From: Caecitellus pseudoparvulus
Taxonomy: Eukaryota; Protista; Bigyra: Bicosoecida
NCBI GenBank assembly: GCA_965644315.1
Contig: CBFFRQ010000031.1
Coordinates: 186,001-250,000, forward strand
Length of the DNA stretch: 64,000 bases
Direction of reading: 5' to 3'
Under the pieces are notes generated by a model. The model did not search any database and was not told the DNA's origin. It saw only the letters and a list, made by a program, of their open reading frames with translations. The position numbers and the translations under genes are program-made. This document shows, piece after piece, positions 55,785 through 64,000 of the stretch; within the stretch, counting starts at the first letter, position 1; the number at the start of each line of letters is the position of its first letter.

Positions 55785-57568
55785 ATGGAGACACAGCCAC
55801 GAGCCCATGGGCACTGGGGGGACACCTTCCGCAAGACGCGGCATCAAGTCGCCTTCTTGTGCGCCTTTGTCGCAGTCTGCCTCGTGTTCGTCATCATTGG
55901 CGTGCGTGACGCCCTGCTGCGCTGGCCCGACCACGCGTACCTGCACCTGGCCTTGCCCTTCCCGCTCAGGCCTTTGCCCCAGAGGCTTTTCGCGCGGCCC
56001 CCAAGCCTGCTCAGGAAGTCACCAGTCCATGCGCCTCCGCGTCCTGCGATGCAGTGTGGGAGTTCACCACCCCTCACTTGCAGCCATTCAACCAGTTCGC
56101 CAGCCTGAGCATGGCAGTGCAGCGACCTGAGGGCGCCTCCACGCATGTGGCAGTGGACACTGCTGTGGATATGCGCCTGAACATCACCGGCATCGACCAG
56201 GCTGGCAAGCGGCACGTCATTGAGTACAGCCGCCAGCATGCTCGAGTGCTGACGTGGGCCTCAGGCAGCCGCGCCAGCGCTCGGGTGTCCCTGCTCAGCC
56301 TGACCTCTGTGCAGTACTCCAAGCTCATGCTCACAGTGACCATGCAGGGCCCAGTGCGGGACATCTCCGCAGCCGCCATGACGAACGTGACAGCCGAGTT
56401 CCAGCTCCTCACCATGAACGAGCACTTCACGCTGTTTGAGGTCAGCTTCAAGTACGCCTTCATGACTGCTGCCTTCCTGGCCTGGATTGCTTTCCTGTGC
56501 AGCATGTCCAGCGTACCCCGGGCAGCGCAATCCCTGGAGCAGCATTCGGCTGGCTGGATGCTGGGGGCGCTGGTGCTGTTCAACGAGCCTCTGTTCGCCG
56601 CGGCAGTGACAGCGCCGTCCCCCACATGGGCTGTCATTTCGTCGTTTGGGCAGGTCTTCGGCTTCTCCGTCCTGCTGGGCTACTGGTTGGTGCTGTTTGA
56701 TGCCGCGCGACTGCTTGGGGAGGACCGTGGCCGCAGCAGCGCCTCCCTCCCCACCACGGCCTGGTTCTGGGTCCCCAAAGTCATGCTCGTGTCCTTCCTG
56801 GGCGTGGCGCTGCTGGCCATGCAGTGGCTCGTCGTGTACTCGCTGTCCACAGACCCAGCCTACGATGTGTGGAGCGAGGGTTCCCTTGGGAGCACCCTTG
56901 CGGGCTTCATCCTGTTCCTGGCAGCGCTGTACTTCGTGTGGATGGCCGTGCTGGCCGTGCTGGTCGTGCGTGTCATTCGCTTCACGCCGCCCTCCCAGCG
57001 CCTGCTTTTCTTCCTCACCCTCATTGCTTTCATCATGACACTGGCTGCGCTGTTCGGGGGGTCCTTTTTTGGCAACGTCAGCGGCATCCTGTTCCTCTCG
57101 TCCTACGCTGGCGTGAACATGTATGTGCTGGCCAACGCAGCCGTCGCGTGGCCTGACAAGCTGGAGCCTGACTTCGACGCGCTGCGCCGGGCAGAGGAGC
57201 GCGAAATTGGCTTCACTGTGCAGTACTCGGACCGGTCCGAGGCTGAGGACCACACGGAGCAGGAGATTGGTGCTGTGGCACTGTCCCTCGCAGCTGACCA
57301 GACCGAGGTGGAGCTGGGCACACTTGACACGGAGGGCGGCACGTTTGGCATTGGGGAGGCTGACTCGTCTGACGAGGAAGCAGAGGTCACAGAGCGAAAC
57401 CCGCCGACGCCCCCCCATGCCGAGGGCAGCCCGCATGACGGTGGGAGCAGCGAGAGGTCCGGCGATGGCGCAGCTAGTCCAGAAGATGGCGGCGACTTTG
57501 AGGATTTGGCGACCCCCCTTGGCGGCCAGGGAGACGGCGAGGAGGGTGACCATGAGCTACTATCCTGA
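55785..57568 (+). CDS. TMEM181: TMEM181/Wntless-like multipass membrane protein (multi-exon 5' part)
   Basis: N-terminal TM, luminal domain, then MNEHFTLFEVSFKYAF, SLEQ...LVLFNEPLF, LLGYWLVLFD, FWVPK, NMYV...AWP, and an acidic tail. Confidence 0.75.
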
Positions 57569-57575
57569 CGCCGCA

Positions 57576-57583
57576 AATGCATT
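57576..57583. promoter_or_regulatory. AATGCATT palindrome between convergent stop codons; candidate bidirectional 3'-end processing element
   Basis: Lies in the 27-bp gap between the TMEM181 and NCA2 stops. The same octamer lies between another convergent pair at 51808-51815. Function is inferred only. Confidence 0.4.
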
Positions 57584-57595
57584 CACCTAGCTGTT

Positions 57596-60500
57596 TCACA
57601 GTACGCCATTCACTGCCGCCTTGATGGCCCCCGCCACCCCCGCCGAGCCGGCTGCCGACCTCCTGGGCGCTGTCAAGTCGTATGTGGTCAGCAAGCGGTC
57701 CACCGCACAGACTCGCTGCTGCAAGGGCGTCGGTCCAGCCATGGCGTCTTGCACATCTTCCAGCATTCCCAGAGCTTCGGCGGTGACGCTGCCCCCGTTG
57801 GCCTTGAGCAACAACAACAGGCGTGCGATTTCTGACAAAGCCACGGCCACCTGGCCGACCTCCAGGTACGTCAGCCCCGAGAACGTGTGCAGTATGTCAG
57901 GTGTTGCCGACACTTCTGGACCACTTGGCCCTCCACGTGCGGCCTGGGCGGCTGCAGTCGCGTACCCCACCGGCACATGAGTGGAGGCGACGTCGCTGCC
58001 CACTAGCACACTGCCAGCTGCAGCTGCCATTGCATGCGTGGCTTCCACGCCGCGCGGGGTGATGGGGGGTGGATCCAGCGCGTTGGACAGCACTGCGTGC
58101 GTCAAGGAGAGCGGCGTGAGGACTCCAAACAGGCTGGGTCCTGAAGCGAACGCGCCGGGCGGGCGCTGCAGACCTCGCTCCCTGCGAGGTGGCTTGCTCG
58201 CCTGCGGCGGGGACGGGCTGCTGGCTTGACTTCTGTCCACAGCAGGAGGCAGGCGCAGTCCGCTTGCTTCTTGAACTGCACCGCTGGGGGGCACTTCGTC
58301 CCTGCGCAGCCGCTCCGCCAGGCTTTGTGCCGGCAGGTGTGGCACTGGATCCCGCCGCAGGAGGGCGCTGCGCACCATGTCCGAGGCAGCCATAGAGGGG
58401 GCAGGCACATGCTCCGCAGGGGGTGCTGAGAGTATGCTGAGTGTGCTGCTGGCTACACTCCCAGTGCGGCCTCGTGCAGAGAGGGCGGTGCTGGCACTGT
58501 CCGCGCCGGTGGGTTGCTCTGGCAGCCGCGGGGGTGTGCTCAGCCCTGGCTGCACCACTGCGCCTTGGGGACGACTGCCTTGCATGGAGGCGGGGAAGGC
58601 CGGCGCCCGCCCCTCATGCACGATCACGCCCATGGCCGCATGTCCACTCGCGGCGGCTGCCCTGCCGTCCCGGGCGCTGATAATCGCCTCTGCCATAGCC
58701 ATGCTGGGCTGCCCCACTGCGGCGGCAGGGTGGTATGCTGGGAGGGAGGCGGGCGGCGGAGGGGTGGTTGCCGTTTGCTTGCCCTCCTCAACGGTGTGGG
58801 CACGAAGGTGCCGCGGCAGTGCGGGGCGCTCGTCACTGCCTCGGCCGCTGCGAGTCACGCTCGGGCCGACTTCGTCAGACAAGGGGGGTGTGCTTGGCTG
58901 CGGCAGCTCTGAGAAGACGGGTGCTGCTTGGGCTGCACCCAGCCTGAGCAAGCGTCGGAGGCGCACGACCGCTGCCTCGCCTGCCGCTGTAGCCAGCGCC
59001 TGGGCGGGAGATGGCAGGCTGCGTGATGAGGCGGCAGGTTCAGGCGCGCCTGCCATTGAGGCGGCTGCCGAGGCAATGTCAACATACGCCGCGTCATTCC
59101 TTCGAGCAAGTGCTTGGTGCAGGATTCGGTGCAGACCCCGCAGCAGGACCCGCAGGGTTCCAGTCGCCTCAGCTTCGTCCACGTGGATGCCAGTGAGCAC
59201 GGTGAGGGAGGGGGCGTACTTGGACAGGCGTGCGAGGATCGCTGAGATGGCGCTGTACGAGACATACCCCACCACCAAGGCGGGAATGGTGGCAGTGATC
59301 TGCATGTTAAAGTGGTTCTGCTGCAGGATGCGCTCCATCTGCTCGATCTGCGCCAGCGCCTCCACCTTGATGAACTGCACCTGCATCAGCATCACTTGCA
59401 CCATGTCAGCCGTCAGGGCTGCTGTGATGGGGGCTGGAAGACAGGCCTCATACCGGCGGGACACCAGGCTCATGTCCAGGGCTTCCGCCATGCTGGACAG
59501 CTGTGCCTTGTCCCAGGCCACCCCGGCGGGGCGAGCGGGCAAGCGCCCGGCTTCCCCAGCAGCAGTCAACCACTGCATGAGCATGTTGCGCATGGACTCC
59601 TTGGCGTCCTTGAGGGCATCAGCCCCCAGGTCTGTCCGCCGGCTGGTGGAGCGCAGGAGCTCGGCGGACATGGCGGCGAGGGGCTCTTCCAGGTGCGCAC
59701 AGTAGAAGCTGCGCACCGACTGCACCATGCTTGCTGCCGTGCTGCGGAGGTGTCGCCAGTTCCCCCACACAGCGCGGGCCCCTACTCCGACGGCCGCCCC
59801 GAGCACCAGCAGGCGCCACCACTCCCGCCGCAGCAGAGACGGCGGCGCCAGCTGGGCGAAGGCCGCTGCAGTGGACGCCTCGAACAGACCGCACTTGCAG
59901 CGCACGGTGTAAGCAGCGGCTGCCTGTGTGTGAGGTGGGATGGAGCGTGCCAAATCAGGAGGGTTCAACCGCACTGTTGCACGCTGGGGTGTAGTGCTGG
60001 TGGCGGGCTGCCCTGTCTCTTGCTGCAGAGGCGGTGTGCGAGGGGCGTTGGTTGGCGCACCCCCGCTCAGCAGCACCGCCACGCCGTCGGCTTCCTTTGC
60101 CTTGCCGTCCTTCAGCACCCACCGCAAGTGCTGCACTGCAGGGTCATCGGCACCCCCCACCGCATCCAGGGCGACCAACACACCTGCACCAAGAGCCCAG
60201 TGCACCTGCTCTGGCGCAGCGCAACCCAGCACTGCCTTGCTCGCAAAGAGCAGGCGACCCAAGCAGTGCAAGAGCAAGCTTTCCTGGCTCTCGATCAGCT
60301 GCAATCGCTGGGCTGGTGTGAGCAGGCGTGACGACGCTACCCAGGCCACGGCACGCTGGGGCAGCGACTCAATCCACTGCTGCCACGTGCCCACCCTGCC
60401 GGCCCAGAACCGCGCCGCTTGGCGGTGAGTCTGGCACACCCGAATGAGGCACCCTTCTACGTGTTCCACTGCCATTGCAGAGCAACGGTCTGCGAGGAAG

Positions 60501-60832
60501 GCCCCCCCTCTGCACATGCTGCGTGCCAGGCACGCCAGCGGCGAGCAGTCATCCGCCGCGAAGCTGTTCTCCAACACGTCCACACGTGACAACACTTGGA
60601 CGATATCCTGGTGCATGCTGTCATCAATGACGGCATCATCTTGAGCTAGCGACCTCAGCAGCAGTACCAGCTCAGGTGTGATATCTTGCAGGGCAGTGTG
60701 TGGATCATCTTGCTCTGACAGCGTTTCGCCCAATGCAACTTCCGCTTCAGCCTCAATCCTGGCAGCCACTGACAACGGCTGATGGACGCGAATGAGGTGG
60801 CGGACAATATCGGCCGATAATATCTGCTGCAT
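57596..60832 (-). CDS. NCA2: NCA2/DGS1-family mitochondrial outer membrane protein with a large low-complexity insert
   Basis: LRREWW-TM, FYCAHLEEPL, ESMRNML, DMSLVSRRYE...PI...MLMQVQFIKVE...MERILQQNHFNMQITATIPA. Confidence 0.85.
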   Translation of the reverse strand: MQQILSADIVRHLIRVHQPLSVAARIEAEAEVALGETLSEQDDPHTALQDITPELVLLLRSLAQDDAVIDDSMHQDIVQVLSRVDVLENSFAADDCSPLACLARSMCRGGAFLADRCSAMAVEHVEGCLIRVCQTHRQAARFWAGRVGTWQQWIESLPQRAVAWVASSRLLTPAQRLQLIESQESLLLHCLGRLLFASKAVLGCAAPEQVHWALGAGVLVALDAVGGADDPAVQHLRWVLKDGKAKEADGVAVLLSGGAPTNAPRTPPLQQETGQPATSTTPQRATVRLNPPDLARSIPPHTQAAAAYTVRCKCGLFEASTAAAFAQLAPPSLLRREWWRLLVLGAAVGVGARAVWGNWRHLRSTAASMVQSVRSFYCAHLEEPLAAMSAELLRSTSRRTDLGADALKDAKESMRNMLMQWLTAAGEAGRLPARPAGVAWDKAQLSSMAEALDMSLVSRRYEACLPAPITAALTADMVQVMLMQVQFIKVEALAQIEQMERILQQNHFNMQITATIPALVVGYVSYSAISAILARLSKYAPSLTVLTGIHVDEAEATGTLRVLLRGLHRILHQALARRNDAAYVDIASAAASMAGAPEPAASSRSLPSPAQALATAAGEAAVVRLRRLLRLGAAQAAPVFSELPQPSTPPLSDEVGPSVTRSGRGSDERPALPRHLRAHTVEEGKQTATTPPPPASLPAYHPAAAVGQPSMAMAEAIISARDGRAAAASGHAAMGVIVHEGRAPAFPASMQGSRPQGAVVQPGLSTPPRLPEQPTGADSASTALSARGRTGSVASSTLSILSAPPAEHVPAPSMAASDMVRSALLRRDPVPHLPAQSLAERLRRDEVPPSGAVQEASGLRLPPAVDRSQASSPSPPQASKPPRRERGLQRPPGAFASGPSLFGVLTPLSLTHAVLSNALDPPPITPRGVEATHAMAAAAGSVLVGSDVASTHVPVGYATAAAQAARGGPSGPEVSATPDILHTFSGLTYLEVGQVAVALSEIARLLLLLKANGGSVTAEALGMLEDVQDAMAGPTPLQQRVCAVDRLLTTYDLTAPRRSAAGSAGVAGAIKAAVNGVL

Positions 60833-61626
60833 GGCGCCTCTGGGGTCCCACTCTCATGAGGTGATGTCCACGCCCTACGTGCCGCACGTCTGCACGCCTT
60901 GTCTGGCTCCGCCCAGAGGCTGCACTGCTCCTGCGAGCCTCACCAACTCAAAGGGGGAAGCTCATGGGCGCAGCACATGCGGCTTGAAGTCACAATAATG
61001 CGCTCGTGGGGCCCTGCATCTCTTGGCGAGCTTCGGTTTTGGGCAGCAGTGTCGGATGTTGGTCTGCTCTCCATCCGAAAGCAAGCCAAGCTCAGTTTGG
61101 GCGGAAGGAGTTGGAGACCTTCACTCCCTTCCACGTTTTCATTTTATCTTTATATCGATCAGCATTCCTGGTGCTGGGCTGGTGCCCACGCTGCGGCTGT
61201 CTGTGCCTCGGGTTTCGAACTTGTCCAGCCTGAGTGCCCCTCACATTCAAGGGTTTTGGTCGCTGCCTGCAATGGGCCACCCGGGTCAGTTGAAACATAA
61301 ACCTACTTTCCATTCTCTGTAATAGGGATGATTTTCACTTTTGCAAGCTCTGACGTGAGCGAAAGCTCTCCATGTTGCGGCTGGCAAGGCTCGGACGAGC
61401 GACAGAACGGCCTCGGCGCGACACATCCGCTTCTTCCACCGCATCGCACTCGCCCGCCGGCACCCGCCCCAGCCAGCCAGACTGGCGCGGAGTCACGCCA
61501 TCACAACATCAGGCCTACTTTGTGCTGCAATCGCACTCAGTTGGCTTGAACCATAACTTCCGCGCGCCCTTTCCACGGCGTTGGCAAGACTGACCCTGGC
61601 CTTGCCTCAGCGCCTGGACCCGGCCC

Positions 61627-64000
61627 ATGGCAGCACAGCAGGCGTCCTTGCAAGGTACGCAACGCGCATCGTCCACAACACCGATAAGTTTGTGGCGGGC
61701 TCCCTTCGCGTCGCGTCGCGAGCTTGCTTTCTCGTGCAACGTGTGCTGTGCGGATTCCCGGCGAAGCAATTTCCGCCACACCTCCCGCACACAGGAACGC
61801 TGACAAAGCAAGGCCACCGTCGCAAGAACTGGCTGCCACGTTGGTTCATTGTGTCTGACGGAGTGCTCGTGTACTACCTTTCCCAAGGCCAGGCAAAGCC
61901 CAAGGGCTTCGTGAACTTGGCCGGCGCCTCCGTGGACGCTGTCCCTGCCGCAATGGCCAAACAAGCACATCAGTTTTCGATTGCTCCTGTTGAAGGGGCA
62001 GCTCTGCACTTGTCTGCGCCAGACGAAGAGACCCGTGCACACTGGATTGAGCAGCTGCGGCAGGAGTCTGAGGGAGCCACTGCTCACGAAGGCGTCCTGC
62101 AGAAGCGCATGGCGCTGAGGCCTCAGTGGAAAGACCGCTTTGTCCGCATTTCAGGCTCCTTGCTGCAGTACAAGACCAGGGCAGACAAGCGCCTTAAAGG
62201 GACTCTCAGTCTCGTTGGGTGCACAGTCGCCCGAAAGTACGACTCTGCGTCGCCGGCTGCGACTGGGCCCTTTGCTTTCGACGTGACGGCTTCTCCCGCT
62301 GCCGTCGTTGGCGACTCAGCTTCAAAAGGAGGGGGCAAGACTATCCAGCTCCGAACCAGCTCTTTTGAGGAAGCAGAGAGATGGATTCAGGTCATCGAAA
62401 GCGTCGCTGTGAATGGCCATAAGCCAAGGCCACAACCCGTTGCCCAAGTCGCAAGCGTCGACTCATTGGCAAGCGAGCCTGAGACTGCCACATCTAGCCC
62501 GTCGTCTGCATCGCTACCCGAGCCCTTGGCTGTGCCTGAGGCTGCACCAGCGCCAGCACCGAAACCAGCAGCCAAGCCTGAGGCTGCACCAGCGCCAGCA
62601 CCGAAGCCAGCAGCCAAGCCTGAGGCTGCACCAGCGCCAGCACCGAAGCCAGCAGCCAAGCCTGAGGCTGCACCAGCGCCAGCACCGAAGCCGGTGGCCA
62701 AGCCTGAGGCTGCACCAGCGCCAGCACCGAAGCCAGCAGCCAAGCCTGAGGCGGCACCAGCGCCAGCACCGAAGCCGGTGGCCAAGCCTGAGGCTGCTCC
62801 AGCGCCAGCACCGAAGCCAGCAGCCAAGCCTGAGGCTGCACCAGCGCCAGCACCGAAGCCAGCAGCCAAGCCTGAGGCGGCACCAGCGCCAGCACCGAAG
62901 CCAGCAGCCAAGCCTGAGGCTGCACCAGCGCCAGCACCGAAGCCGGTGGCCAAGCCTGAGGCTGCACCAGCGCCAGCACCGAAGCCGGTGGCCAAGCCTG
63001 AGGCTGCACCAGCGCCAGCACCGAAGCCGGTGGCCAAGCCTGAGGCTGCACCAGCGCCAGCACCGAAGCCGGTGGCCAAGCCTGAGGCTGCACCAGCGCC
63101 AGCACCGAAGCCGGTGGCCAAGCCTGAGGCGGCACCAGCCCCAGCACCGAAACCGGCAGCCAAGCCTGAGGCGGCACCAGCGCCAGCACCGAAGCCGGTG
63201 GCCAAGCCTGAGGCTGCTCCAGCCCCAGCACCGAAACCGGCAGCCAAGCCTGAGGCTGCACCAGCGCCAGCACCGAAGCCGGTGGCCAAGCTTGAGGCTG
63301 CACCAGCGCCAGCACCGAAGCCGGTGGCCAAGCTTGAGGCTGCACCAGCGCCAGCACCGAAGCCAGCAGCCAAGCCTGAGGCTGCACCAGCGCCAGCACC
63401 GAAGCCGGTGGCCAAGCCTGAGGCTGCACCAGCGCCAGCACCGGAGCCGGTGGCCAAGCCTGAGGCTGCACCAGCGCCAGCACCGGAGCCGGTGGCCAAG
63501 CCTGAGGCTGCACCAGCGCCAGCACCGGAGCCGGCGGCCAAGCCTGAGGCTGCACCAGCGCCAGCACCGGAGCCAGCAGCCAAGCCTGAGGCTGCTCCTG
63601 CGCCAGCACCGAAGCCGGTGGCCAAGCCTGAGGCTGCTCCTGCGCCAGCACCGGAGCCGGTGGCCAAGCCTGAGGCTGCTCCAGCGCCAGCACCGAAGCC
63701 GGTGGCCAAGCCTGAGGCGGCATCAGTGTCTGTGGCTGCATCCAGTGATCCTCCGCATGAACCGTTCAAGAGTTCTTCACCTGCACATGTGGCTGCAGCC
63801 TCTGGATCAGGTTCAAGCCCTGCCCAGCCGTCTGATTTTCCCAGCCCGAACCCTGGGGATTCACCAACATCTGGCACAAGAGGTGCAAGCCACTCACGCT
63901 CACAAGCTACCCAGCAGCTCAGCAGCCATGGGTCGAGTCTGAGTGTTGACTTGACAAAAGATGACTGCGACCCCAACTCTTCAAGTCGTCTCTGGCACAT
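61627..64000 (+). CDS. Tandem PH-PH domain protein with a long Pro/Ala/Lys repeat; runs off the window end (intron 61655-61794)
   Basis: Spliced MAAQQASLQG|TLTKQGHRRKNWLPRWFIV...YY...PKGFVNL...LHLSA.DEETRAHWIEQL (PH1) and HEGVLQKR...WKDRFVRI...LQY...KGTLSL...QLRTSSFEEAERWIQVI (PH2). The frame stays open to 64000. Not listed in the ORF track. Confidence 0.88.
62535..63720 (+). repeat. Coding minisatellite, about 28 x 42 bp (AAGCCTGAGGCTGCACCAGCGCCAGCACCGAAGCCRGYRGCC) encoding KPEAAPAPAPKP(A/V)A
   Basis: Directly visible near-perfect tandem repeat. Copy number estimated as length divided by 42. Confidence 0.97.

Noticed and set aside
62535-63720. Possible CRISPR array
   Set aside because: Head-to-tail repeats with no unique spacers, in frame within a eukaryotic CDS, and no cas genes.
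62387-64000. Silk-fibroin-like (GAGAGAAS)n ORF on the - strand, plus other repeat ORFs (62413..63942, 62494..63741)
   Set aside because: These are shadow frames of the 42-bp repeat. The + strand frame continuous with two PH domains explains the region.
1-64000. Prokaryotic origin, mobile elements, tRNA or rRNA genes
   Set aside because: Spliceosomal introns and eukaryote-specific genes occur throughout. I saw no transposase, integrase or RT motifs, terminal repeats or structured RNA genes by eye; tRNAscan/Infernal were not run.

Overview
Eukaryotic nuclear DNA from a GC-rich, very gene-dense unicellular organism. I resolved about 33 protein-coding genes with short GT-AG introns (mostly ~65-90 nt, donors often GTGCGT/GTACGT/GTGAGT). 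Two axonemal dynein assembly factors (ZMYND10, DNAAF2/kintoun) indicate a motile flagellate; a stramenopile-like protist is plausible but is only an inference. Most genes are housekeeping: CCDC25, PHAX-like, PQ-loop, CUL1, mitochondrial AspRS, cardiolipin synthase, DENND4-like, CFDP1, MAPK, U1-70K, NCA2/DGS1. I saw no rRNA, tRNA, CRISPR or transposase. Main observations: (1) a glutaminase made of two tandem GLS modules, one catalytically intact and one with nearly every active-site residue replaced, followed by ankyrin repeats; (2) a two-TM sensor with a degenerate histidine-kinase core lacking the phospho-His; (3) a ZMYND10 that lacks the MYND finger and ends in a DSDDE acidic tail; (4) convergent genes whose stop codons nearly touch or overlap, with a recurring AATGCA motif (twice as the palindrome AATGCATT) just after stops; (5) a PH-PH gene missed by the ORF track, carrying about 28 copies of a 42-bp repeat. 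All family assignments come from motif recognition by eye, not database searches, and exon boundaries were assembled by hand.
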